A DNA stretch of 64,000 nucleotides from an uncultured Christensenellaceae bacterium (GTDB lineage Bacteria; Bacillota; Clostridia; Christensenellales; CAG-1252), in the NCBI GenBank assembly GCA_964561145.1, contig CAZLNZ010000004.1, positions 27,047-91,046 on the forward strand, written 5' to 3'. The notes under the pieces are model-generated. The model ran no database searches. It was not told the origin of the DNA and saw only the letters and a program-made list of their open reading frames with translations. Within the stretch, counting starts at the first letter, position 1; every line of letters starts with the position of its first letter. Of this stretch, positions 1 through 8,216 are shown piece after piece. Both the position numbers and the translations under genes were made by a program.

Positions 1-51
1 AATAAGAATTATTGAATATAATGGAAGTTTGGCTTCCTTGGTATAATAAGG

Positions 52-1443
52 ATGAAATTAAGAACTAAGTTGATCATTTGTAATCTCCTATTGGGTGTTG
101 TTATAGCTGTAATAGCACTGAGCGGTATTTTTTATGTTAACGATGCCGCCAAGGGAGGTTCTATTACCTTGAATGCAAGGATAATAACAGAGGTTCGTTC
201 TGTAATGTCAAGTTTGAATGTTTTTACCGATTATAGTGAGGAGGAGCTTGAGGGTGCCGGTTATCGGTTGAGAGAGTATGGATTTAACTATTTCATATTC
301 GATCAATCCGGATCGATTAAATATACGAATTCGGAGGATGTTATTGAAAGAAGACTTGCAGACAAGCATCACATGGCATCTGTAGAACAGGCAGTTACTG
401 CCGAGGGCGGGTGTATTATAATCAGTCAAGCGACTGAGGGCGGTTGGATTGTTGTAATCAACTCTCAAAAGAGTATCTTAAGTCGATATAAGGCGTATCT
501 GAGCTTGTACATAGCTTCTATTATTGTAGCCTCAGTATTGATGGTTATTGCGGTAACTCTTGCTGAAAATGTGATGCTTACCCCTCGGCTTAATGCTATT
601 AAACAGGCAATGCATCAAGTATACCTCGGTAACTACGAAAAAATTGTCAATGTAGAGTTGAAGAAAAAGGATGAGCTGTCCGAGGTTTTATCCGAGTTTG
701 AGATGTTGAGGAAAAAGCTGTATGACCTTGACAAGGAAAAGGACGCTTTTGACAGAGAACGTGGAATAATGATTTCCGGTATATCTCACGACCTAAGGAC
801 CCCGCTCTCCATAATTCAGGGCTATGCAAAAGGAATTAAGGACGGAGTCGCTCGTAGAATCGGAAGAGAAGAGGAGTATATCGAAAAGATTTATACTACG
901 TCATTGTCGATGAATTCATTGATTGATAAACTATCTCAATTTGCCAAGATGCAATCTAAAGAAGTCATGTATACAATGCAAGAACAGGATATCTCCGATG
1001 TAGTGGACGATTATGTCAAGAAGAATTATCTACAATATTCAACTCGTGGAATTATCGTCAACGCTTCTTTACCAAAGGCGCCGAGGCTCATAGTCAATAT
1101 GGACAAGGAGCAATTCTTGAGAGTGTTGCAAAACATTTGTGAAAACAGCTTGAAGTACAAGAATAAAGCTGTCGCGCATCTTGAAATCAAGGTATATGAC
1201 GATGGAGAATATGCGGTAGTTGAATTGGCGGACGACGGACCGGGTATCAATAGCTTTGAAGCAGACTATATATTTGAGAGCTATTACAGAGGAGATCAAT
1301 CTAGAACAAATCCCGTATCGGGTAGCGGACTTGGTTTATCGATAGTGAAGAACGTTGTTTCTGCACATAAGGGAAAGGTTTCAGCCTACAACGATAACGG
1401 ATTGACAATAAAAATACAAATTCCCATAAGGAGAAGAAAATGA
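52..1443 (+). CDS. Sensor histidine kinase (membrane-bound, HisKA + HATPase_c)
   Basis: H-box SHDLRTPLSIIQGY. G-boxes DDGPGI and GSGLGLSIV. Two hydrophobic segments flank a ~130-aa extracytoplasmic region. ATGA overlap with the next gene. Confidence 0.9.
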   Translation: MKLRTKLIICNLLLGVVIAVIALSGIFYVNDAAKGGSITLNARIITEVRSVMSSLNVFTDYSEEELEGAGYRLREYGFNYFIFDQSGSIKYTNSEDVIERRLADKHHMASVEQAVTAEGGCIIISQATEGGWIVVINSQKSILSRYKAYLSLYIASIIVASVLMVIAVTLAENVMLTPRLNAIKQAMHQVYLGNYEKIVNVELKKKDELSEVLSEFEMLRKKLYDLDKEKDAFDRERGIMISGISHDLRTPLSIIQGYAKGIKDGVARRIGREEEYIEKIYTTSLSMNSLIDKLSQFAKMQSKEVMYTMQEQDISDVVDDYVKKNYLQYSTRGIIVNASLPKAPRLIVNMDKEQFLRVLQNICENSLKYKNKAVAHLEIKVYDDGEYAVVELADDGPGINSFEADYIFESYYRGDQSRTNPVSGSGLGLSIVKNVVSAHKGKVSAYNDNGLTIKIQIPIRRRK

Positions 1444-2120
1444 AAAGAATTCTTATTATAGAGGACGAAAAAGGAATAGCCGAAATAGAACGTGATTATC
1501 TTGAATTGGAGGGCTTTTCGGTATCAATTGAAAACAACGGAGTTTCCGGCTTGAACAGAGCGGAAAACGAGGATTTTGACCTTATTATTTTGGATATAAT
1601 GCTTCCCGACCTTGACGGCTTTGATATTTGCCGTAACATAAGAAAGACAAAGGATATACCAATGATAATGGTTTCCGCAAAGAGTGAAAAAATCGACAAA
1701 ATTCGTGGATTGGGACTTGGTGCCGATGACTATATTACAAAGCCCTTTGATCCTGCAGAGCTTGTAGCTAGAGTAAAGGCACATATTGCAAGGTATGAGC
1801 GTATCAAAGGCGGTAGCGGTGAAAAGGGTACCGAGATTGTTTATAGAGATTTGAAAATTCAACCCTTGTCAAGAAGAGTATTCTATAAGGAAGAAGAGGT
1901 TTTCTTAACTGCAAAAGAGTTCGATTTACTTTACTTCTTAGCAGGAAATCCAAACCGAGTATTTAGTAAGGATGATATTTTCGCAAAGGTATGGGGCATG
2001 CAATCCTTTGGTGATGCCGGTACCGTTGTCGTTCACTTGACACATATTAGAGAAAAGATACCTATGGATTACATAGAGACAGTTCGTGGCGTTGGGTATC
2101 GTTTTACAATGATAGATTAA
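1440..2120 (+). CDS. OmpR-family response regulator
   Basis: Receiver motifs (ILIIEDE, DLIILDIMLPDLDG, SAK) and a C-terminal winged helix (LTAKEFDLLYFLA ... VRGVGYRF). Translationally coupled to the kinase. Confidence 0.92.
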   Translation: MKRILIIEDEKGIAEIERDYLELEGFSVSIENNGVSGLNRAENEDFDLIILDIMLPDLDGFDICRNIRKTKDIPMIMVSAKSEKIDKIRGLGLGADDYITKPFDPAELVARVKAHIARYERIKGGSGEKGTEIVYRDLKIQPLSRRVFYKEEEVFLTAKEFDLLYFLAGNPNRVFSKDDIFAKVWGMQSFGDAGTVVVHLTHIREKIPMDYIETVRGVGYRFTMID

Positions 2121-2155
2121 AAACATAGATAATAAATTAAGGAGAGAGTCTTCTC

Positions 2156-2860
2156 ATGTTTAAATATTTCTGGGTATTAAATGATCTAAACGCACTTTTA
2201 GATTACGTTTTGCGTCTCCTTTCTGCGGCATTGGCGGGCTTTGTAATAGGTTATGAGAGAAAAACCCGTTCAAAGGAAGCCGGAGTTAGAACGCATACTA
2301 TGGTAACAGTCGGTGCAGCATTGATGATGATAGTATCGAAATACGCTTTTGGTGATGCGGTTGATGCGGCTTTGGGTATTAAAAGCGTTGACGGCTCAAG
2401 AATTGCTGCCTCTATTGTTTCAGGTATGGGATTCTTAGGTGCCGGTATTATTATTTACCGCAAGGACACCATATACGGATTAACCACTGCGGCGGGTATT
2501 TGGACTGCTGCAGGTATCGGTATGGCTTTTGGTGGAGGAATGTACCTTCTCGGCTTATGCTCCACGGTGCTGGTTTTGATTATTCAAATTGTATTGCACC
2601 TTCCGATCAAGCTTTTGCATGCAAGAACAGTCCATATGGTACGAGTTGTTATTAAGATGGAAGATGAGAATTCTTTGGATAGACTGAAGGAGTTATTCAG
2701 GGTTGAAAAATTTTTAGAGGTTCGTACTTATAGAGAGCAAGGCGATATAAAGGGCGATATAAAAATGAATACAGTAGATGCCTATGAGGCAGATACAATA
2801 TATAAAATTATCGAAGAGAACGAATTTATCTTAAGCATTGAAAAGGTAGATGAAATCTAA
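2156..2860 (+). CDS. MgtC/SapB family membrane protein
   Basis: N-terminal signature LLSAALAGFVIGYERKTRSKEAGVRTHTMV, several TM segments and a soluble C-terminal domain. RBS GGAGAG upstream. Confidence 0.85.
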   Translation: MFKYFWVLNDLNALLDYVLRLLSAALAGFVIGYERKTRSKEAGVRTHTMVTVGAALMMIVSKYAFGDAVDAALGIKSVDGSRIAASIVSGMGFLGAGIIIYRKDTIYGLTTAAGIWTAAGIGMAFGGGMYLLGLCSTVLVLIIQIVLHLPIKLLHARTVHMVRVVIKMEDENSLDRLKELFRVEKFLEVRTYREQGDIKGDIKMNTVDAYEADTIYKIIEENEFILSIEKVDEI

Positions 2861-2945
2861 TTTGAGAAAAATGTAATATACACTTGCATTTTTCGGTAAA
2901 CGTGATATAATAATTAAAGATATGAATTCACCTTAGGAGGATTAT

Positions 2946-3446
2946 ATGGCAAAGATCAAAATGACTACCGTTCCTTTCAACGGTACACCTGAACAAGAAG
3001 CAGAACTTAGAGCAAGACTCAATGAACTTAAGCATGTTGAAGGTCCTTTAATGAAGGCTTTGCAAACTGCACAAGAGATATACGGATACCTTCCCATTGA
3101 GGTTCAAAGCATCATAGCAGAAGAAATGAACGTTTCTCTTGAAAAAGTATTTGGCGTTTCAACTTTCTATGCCCAATTTACCCTCAATCCTCGTGGTGAA
3201 ACTCAAGTAGCTGTTTGCTTGGGAACCGCTTGCTACGTAAAGGGCTCCGGGGATATTATTGAAGAATGCAAGAAGGAGCTTGGCATTCAAACTGATGAAT
3301 GCACACCCGATAGACGTTTCTCGTTAGTTGCAACACGTTGCATCGGTTGCTGCGGTTTAGCTCCTGTATTGACCATCAACGGTACCGTTTATGGCAAGAT
3401 TACATATAAGGACGTACCCAAGATTTTAGCTCCCTACAAAGCTTAA
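2946..3446 (+). CDS. NuoE/HndA-like thioredoxin-fold [2Fe-2S] ferredoxin subunit (orphan)
   Basis: Cys pattern CLGTAC ... CIGCCGLAPV is typical of NuoE/HydC-type subunits. RBS TAGGAGG. No NuoF- or hydrogenase-like partner follows. Confidence 0.8.
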   Translation: MAKIKMTTVPFNGTPEQEAELRARLNELKHVEGPLMKALQTAQEIYGYLPIEVQSIIAEEMNVSLEKVFGVSTFYAQFTLNPRGETQVAVCLGTACYVKGSGDIIEECKKELGIQTDECTPDRRFSLVATRCIGCCGLAPVLTINGTVYGKITYKDVPKILAPYKA

Positions 3447-3671
3447 CAGAATACTCGATAAGTGCAAAACATAACATAATATGCTTGTGCTCAAATATCA
3501 AGCATACTAATGTATCAAACAAACAGATTATAAAGACCGAGTTAATTATGCTTGGTTTTTTTTCTTTTTCCTACATCTAAACGTTTATTATAGAGTCAAA
3601 ATCTTGTGATAAATTTTTCATGAACGGATTGTGTTCCTCCTTTGTAATTTGTGTTGGTGATTAAATTATAT

Positions 3672-3822
3672 CATTGGAACAATCGATACGCTCTTTTTAT
3701 ATGTCCTTTTTTATCCCCGTCCCAACATTTATTATAGAGCCATTATAACATAGGAACATTTGATTCGCTTTTTTATGTTTTTTATCTCCGCCCCATCATT
3801 TATTATAGAACCTATTATAATA
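3672..3822. repeat. Two tandem ~75-bp units, each ending in TTTTTATC(C/T)CCG(T/C)CCC..CATTTATTATAGA; a related motif occurs at ~3573-3600 and ~44023-44050
   Basis: Read directly: ...ggaacaatcgatacgctctttttatatgtccttttttatccccgtcccaacatttattatagagcc, followed by ...ggaacatttgattcgcttttttatgttttttatctccgccccatcatttattatagaacc. Confidence 0.7.
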
Positions 3823-3827
3823 TTATA

Positions 3828-3860
3828 CATCGTAGGGCGGGGGCTTGACTCCCGCCGCAC
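3828..3860 (+). repeat. GC-rich hairpin module CATCGTAGG-GCGGGGG...CCCGCCGC; other copies at 4173-4206, 4518-4550, 44175-44208 and a degenerate one at 44459-44493
   Basis: Read directly: catcgtagggcgggggcttgactcccgccgcac and variants. Each has a GGCGG(G)/(C)CCGCC stem. Confidence 0.6.
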
Positions 3861-4020
3861 ACATATTCTACACCATTATTACCGTATCGAAAACATGTAT
3901 GCCTCCAAGAAAATATATGTATTTTATCTAAAATGTCATACTGAGCGAAAGGTGAAATATTGGAAAATAACTTAAAAAATATTCAATAACTCAAATAAAA
4001 AAGAAATAACCTATATATAA

Positions 4021-4102
4021 TGTCATACTGAGCGGAAGAAATTGGTCTCAATTTCTGTAGTCGAACCCCAACGGGGCGATACGAAGTATCGGTATCTCAT
4101 CC
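4021..4102 (+). repeat. Three-hairpin structured element, copy 1 (candidate ncRNA/REP-like)
   Basis: TGTCATACTGAGCG, then hairpin AGAAATTG/CAATTTCT, GTAGTCGAA, hairpin CCCC/GGGG, hairpin CGATAC/GTATCG, GGTATCTCATCC. Confidence 0.6.
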
Positions 4103-4365
4103 TTGTTATTACAATATATGTTAGGCTAGGGGTTTGTTTCTTGCAAGATATTGTTATTATTATAATATGATACATCGTAGGGCGGGGGCTTGACTCTCGC
4201 CGCATCTGTTTATGAAAATCATATTTGTGAGATGCAATTTGTCATTTAGAGCAAGAAATACCAAGAACTTGTCTAAAATGTCATACTGAGCGAAAGGTGA
4301 AATATTGGAAAATAATTTAAAAAATATTCAATAACTCAAATAAAAAAGAAATAACCTATATATAA

Positions 4366-4447
4366 TGTCATACTGAGCGGAAGAAATTGGTCTCAATTTC
4401 TGTAGTCGAACCCCAACGGGGCGATACGAAGTATCGGTATCTCATCC
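4366..4447 (+). repeat. Three-hairpin structured element, copy 2 (identical to copy 1, inside the second tandem unit)
   Basis: Same sequence as 4021-4102. Confidence 0.6.
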
Positions 4448-4622
4448 TTGTTATTACAATATATGTTAGGCTAGGGGTTTGTTTCTTGCAAGATATTGTT
4501 ATTATTATAATATGATACATCGTGAGCGGATGCTTGACTCCCGCCGCATCTGTTTATGAAAATCATTTTTGTGAGATATAATTTGTCATTTAGAGTAAGA
4601 AATACCAAGAACTTGCCTAAAA

Positions 4623-4696
4623 TGTCATACTGAGCGAAAGGCGAAGCCTGGAGTCGAACCCCGGGCGGGGCGAGGTGTAACCTCGGTATCTCATCC
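4623..4696 (+). repeat. Three-hairpin structured element, copy 3 (variant stems)
   Basis: Same 5' and 3' boxes. Hairpins are replaced by AGGC/GCCT, CCCC/GGGG and CGAGGT/ACCTCG. Confidence 0.6.
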
Positions 4697-4765
4697 TTGT
4701 AATGGAAGGGAAAACATTATATTTATCTTCAACTTATATTAAAAACTTGATAAATACATGAGCTT

Positions 4766-5452
4766 TTACTCATTTGCTAACTGTCTTTTTTCCATTTTTT
4801 TCCAACTTATAAATCCATAAATATCATTGAAAAGAAAAGCTACAAAACATACCACTACTGATATATAGCTTAAGTTTTCAATTGATGCCAATACCCATAG
4901 AATAATCAAGACGACGTCATTTAATGCATATCCTAAGGCAAAGAACGGACTTCTTCTAAAGGTTAAGTATACTGCGATAAAGCTTGTTGTAACCGATATG
5001 GTACTTGGTATTATATTTGCGGTATTAAAGTGTTTCAAAACGAAGTAAAAACCAAAGGTTACTAGAAAGGATAGTATAAGCATTAATATCCATTCTTTGG
5101 CGGAAAGCTTATTAACCTTAACTTCCGATTTGTTTTTTTCATAAGGATTTTTTATCCAAGTAATTAAGGCAACAATCGCCATTGGTAATGTCATTCCTAG
5201 ATAGGTTAACATTTCCCCGTAATAAGCAAAGGAGTAAGATATGATTCCATAAAGAATACTAAATACAATCATTAATATTTGCCCTATAGGATTTCCCTTT
5301 GCATTGAAGATTAATGATGTTACCCCGATAATTGATGTCGCAAGTGTAAGGTAGTTAACCCTATCAAATATAGCAAAGGATACAACTATAACCAAGACAG
5401 AGCAGGACCATAAAAGAATTTCACCTAAAGTAAAGTATTTACGTATTTTCAT
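4766..5452 (-). CDS. pnuC: PnuC-family nicotinamide riboside (or related vitamin) transporter
   Basis: About 7 TM segments and PnuC-like motifs (FNAKGNPIGQ, WIKNP, NDIYG..SW). I prefer the ATG at 5452 (RBS GGAGG) over the TTG at 5464 given in the ORF track. Confidence 0.75.
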   Translation of the reverse strand: MKIRKYFTLGEILLWSCSVLVIVVSFAIFDRVNYLTLATSIIGVTSLIFNAKGNPIGQILMIVFSILYGIISYSFAYYGEMLTYLGMTLPMAIVALITWIKNPYEKNKSEVKVNKLSAKEWILMLILSFLVTFGFYFVLKHFNTANIIPSTISVTTSFIAVYLTFRRSPFFALGYALNDVVLIILWVLASIENLSYISVVVCFVAFLFNDIYGFISWKKMEKRQLANE

Positions 5453-5558
5453 TAAAACCTCCAAAAAAATAAGGCATCTGCAAACGCTTCTTCTAAGACC
5501 TAACGAAGCGAATGCAAATGCCTTTCAACTACCCGGTGGCAGTATAATATTCATATTT
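5453..5558 (-). promoter_or_regulatory. pnuC 5' leader with a small hairpin plus a long terminator hairpin and U-run (attenuator or riboswitch candidate)
   Basis: Minus strand reads ACUGCCACCGGGUAGU, then AAGGCAUUUGCAUUCGCUUC...GAAGCGUUUGCAGAUGCCUU, then AUUUUUUU directly before the RBS. Confidence 0.5.
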
Positions 5559-5564
5559 TTCATT

Positions 5565-5593
5565 ATGATATCGTATTAAGAAAAAATTGTCAA
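5565..5593 (-). promoter_or_regulatory. Sigma-70-type promoter for pnuC
   Basis: Minus strand: TTGACA, 17 nt, TATCAT. Confidence 0.55.
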
Positions 5594-5797
5594 GTAATTT
5601 TTGCAGCTGGTATTTTAAACCATTTTGTCAATTAGGGTAAAGGATATGTCTTTTGGGAGAGTCTTTTTTTAATTTGATTGTAGTGAGAGATGATTTTCAT
5701 TCGGGAAATCTTTAAAATAATAAAAACTATTGAAATGCCGGGAGGAATAATGGTATAATATACCAAAGACTTATTAGAAAGTCTTATTAGGTGGTAT

Positions 5798-7216
5798 ATG
5801 AAAAAGATTGTAATCATTGGGTTGGGGCTTGGTGGTTTGGCATTTGTACATAATTTGCCCTATGATCCGGATTTAGATATAACTATCTATGAAAAGGAAA
5901 AATACGAGGATTTAGGGTATCCATGGTGCGACTCCGTCAGCTATGACGGAATAGCTTCTGCAGGTATTATTTTGCCTAATGATGTTTATCACCCTAAAAA
6001 ACTATTCAATATGTACTCGCCCGATATGGGCGGAAGTGTACCGCAAAGACAAAAGACGGTAGATAATGGCGTTGAACTTGATAGAAAAGCATTTCTTAGG
6101 TATATGATAGAATGTGCAAGTCATAAAGCTACCATTCATTACGGTATCGGTGTTAAGCGGTTAATTATAAAAGAGGGAGTTGTTGTTGGTTTAAAGCTAG
6201 AGAATGGTAAAAAGGTGTTTGCAGATCTTGTAATTGATGCATCCGGACCGTTAAGTCTAATTAAAAATGACGTTATTTCTCCATTGGATAAGCTAGGAGC
6301 GGATGATATTCTTTCGGGGTACAGGGCAATCTTCAAACCAAATAAAGGTGTTTTGTATCCCGATGAGGATTCTGTATATCTCAAACATTTAAACCATGTC
6401 GGAGTTTCCTGGTGCAGGACGACGCCCGATGGAAATCTAGATGTTTTTATTTCAGAAATAACCGATAAACTTAAGCTTGCTCATATAGCTTTAGCATTGA
6501 AGGATATTCGAGAGAAAAATCCCATTTTATCAGATGAGCTGATTGAAGAGCGTTTCGCTAAGCTCGTTGTAAAAAGACCCTTGTCACGTTTTGTATATGA
6601 TGGTTATGTGCTGGTCGGTGATAGTGCATACATGTCTACGCCTACATCGGGTAGCGGCATTGAGAATGCATTAAGGGCAGGACGCATTTTGGCGGAGGTG
6701 TTTTTGGATGCAAAAGGTAACACTACGGCAGATTTATGGCACTATCAAACGAGGTTTATGCGTTCGATCGGATCTAGCCTATATGCAAAGGACTTGTTTA
6801 GAAGATATGCACAGACTTTACCTGTTGAAGAGGTAAATTGGTTCTTTTCGACAATGTTTAATGGCTTTAAAGAGTTCACAGAAGCCGATTATGACAGTGT
6901 TAAGCGTATGAAAGTATATGAGTACGCCAAGAAAGCCAAAGCATTATTATCAAACAAACCGCTTTTTTCAAGCGGTACTAGAATAGCCAATCTTGCATTA
7001 AAGGCAAAGCTCCACGCTTTTATGTTGCCTGTCGAATTTGAAAAGGAAAGTTTTTTGTTGTGGCAGGAAAGGTATGCTAAAATACTAGAAGAGGGTGATG
7101 AGAACTCTTATGTCGAGCTTCTTAACGAAGAAGCTGCAGCAGATAAAGCATCAATCGGTTTTGAGGATATACAGGATAAAATACGTGAGTTAATCAAAAG
7201 AAAAAGAGGAAATTGA
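5798..7216 (+). CDS. FAD-dependent oxidoreductase (geranylgeranyl-reductase-like)
   Basis: N-terminal dinucleotide fold KIVIIGLGLGGLA and the distal motif GDSAYMSTPTSGSGIENAL. Confidence 0.6.
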   Translation: MKKIVIIGLGLGGLAFVHNLPYDPDLDITIYEKEKYEDLGYPWCDSVSYDGIASAGIILPNDVYHPKKLFNMYSPDMGGSVPQRQKTVDNGVELDRKAFLRYMIECASHKATIHYGIGVKRLIIKEGVVVGLKLENGKKVFADLVIDASGPLSLIKNDVISPLDKLGADDILSGYRAIFKPNKGVLYPDEDSVYLKHLNHVGVSWCRTTPDGNLDVFISEITDKLKLAHIALALKDIREKNPILSDELIEERFAKLVVKRPLSRFVYDGYVLVGDSAYMSTPTSGSGIENALRAGRILAEVFLDAKGNTTADLWHYQTRFMRSIGSSLYAKDLFRRYAQTLPVEEVNWFFSTMFNGFKEFTEADYDSVKRMKVYEYAKKAKALLSNKPLFSSGTRIANLALKAKLHAFMLPVEFEKESFLLWQERYAKILEEGDENSYVELLNEEAAADKASIGFEDIQDKIRELIKRKRGN

Positions 7217-7283
7217 TTTTTTAAGGTTCACAAATATAAAAGCTTATGCTATATATAATACATAACAACAAAGGAGGCTTAAA

Positions 7284-8180
7284 ATGGCAGTTTATAAAAC
7301 CATTAAGGCAAGATGTCGTAAAAGCGGAAAATATATCGGATTACAAGTTCAAGTTGATTCCGATACAAAAGGAACCATTCTTGGCAGATATTTGATTACA
7401 AATCCGTCAACAGTTCAAAGCACAGCATATCTTCCCGATTTAGTTTCTGGGAAGCCCTGTCCTAAATGCGGAAAGAAGGGGCAAGGTTCATGTTCTTGTG
7501 GTCCTAAGGAAATGTCTTGCGGACCATCCACGAAACCTAATGAGTATTGTGCTACTTGTAAGGAGTTGGAGCTTGATTTTAATGAGCTTGATGCATCAAC
7601 TTTAAGTACCTCCGATAGAGAGTTGATCGTAAAGCAGGGCGGTGTGGTTGCACTTAGCCCCGGAATCAAAAAAGTTATGGTCGGTTTAGGTTGGGATCCT
7701 GCAAAAGTCGGAGACAGGATCGATGTTGACTCATCGGTTGTTTTAGTTAACTCTAAGAATAAGTATAATGATAATGAGTTGGTATATTTCGGAAGGTTAC
7801 AAGATAGTGCAGCAAGTGTCAATCACCACGGTGACGACTTATATGGAACCAATTCTGCGGGTGAAGATGATGAAAAGATTGACGTGGATCTTCAAAAAGT
7901 ACCCTCTAAATACGATATGATTTTCTTTGTCATCAATGTTTATTCCGGACAAACATTTAATTCTATAAGACATTTATTTATAAGGGTTGAGAATTCGGAA
8001 AACCATAAGTCGTTACTTCGTTACAATATAGCCCAAAGCAAGGCAAGCGATAAGGCAATGGTTGTTGCCAAGCTTGAGCGTTGCGGTTCAACTTGGAAGT
8101 TTACTGCAATCGGTGACAGTACAGATCATGTGAGATTGGATCCTCTTAAGGATTATTTGATATTCAATCACGTCAAGTAG
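7284..8180 (+). CDS. TerD-domain protein with an N-terminal Cys-rich (zinc-ribbon-like) module
   Basis: C-terminal ~190 aa match TerD signatures (GLGWD, IDVDSSVVL, VYFG, HHGDDLYG..GEDDEKIDVDL..VP, FVINVYS, WKFTAIG). N-terminal module carries CPKCG and CATC knuckles. RBS AAAGGAGG. Confidence 0.8.
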   Translation: MAVYKTIKARCRKSGKYIGLQVQVDSDTKGTILGRYLITNPSTVQSTAYLPDLVSGKPCPKCGKKGQGSCSCGPKEMSCGPSTKPNEYCATCKELELDFNELDASTLSTSDRELIVKQGGVVALSPGIKKVMVGLGWDPAKVGDRIDVDSSVVLVNSKNKYNDNELVYFGRLQDSAASVNHHGDDLYGTNSAGEDDEKIDVDLQKVPSKYDMIFFVINVYSGQTFNSIRHLFIRVENSENHKSLLRYNIAQSKASDKAMVVAKLERCGSTWKFTAIGDSTDHVRLDPLKDYLIFNHVK

Positions 8181-8216
8181 CAAGAGTTCAAGTATTCACA
8201 AATAAGGAGTATATCT

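Larger units (their letters stand above)
3927..4616. repeat. Tandem duplication, 2 x 345 bp nearly identical, with a partial third unit from 4617
   Basis: The unit starting tctaaaatgtcatactgagcgaaaggtgaaatattgg at 3927 recurs at 4272 with few mismatches. A third start at 4617 runs straight into a variant element. Confidence 0.9.

Noticed and set aside
3606-3650. 14-aa minus-strand mini-ORF (MKNLSQDFDSIINV) behind AAAGGAGG
   Set aside because: The RBS-to-ATG spacing of ~14 nt is too long. The peptide is tiny, lies in repeat-rich DNA and has no supporting conservation.
4055-4085. tRNA or tmRNA-like T-arm on the minus strand (GGGGTTCGACTAC)
   Set aside because: The T-loop-like heptamer is not followed by a complementary stem, and no acceptor or anticodon arms can be drawn.
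4021-4102. Hammerhead ribozyme or group II intron domain V, suggested by CUGAGCG...GUC...GAAC
   Set aside because: The sequence does not fit the hammerhead core CUGANGA...GAAA (C where G8 is required). I could not pair GAGCGG with the 3' strand as a D5 helix needs. No intron ORF or other intron domains are present.
3760-4205. ORF-track entries 3760-3975 (+) and 4023-4205 (-) as small protein genes
   Set aside because: They lie entirely within the repeats and translate hairpin DNA (for example VGRGLDSRR and SPRWGSTTEIE). They have no RBS, and their frames are not preserved between repeat copies.
3927-4696. CRISPR array
   Set aside because: The repeat unit is 345 bp rather than 25-40 bp. There is no alternation of direct repeats with unique spacers, and no cas genes occur in the window.
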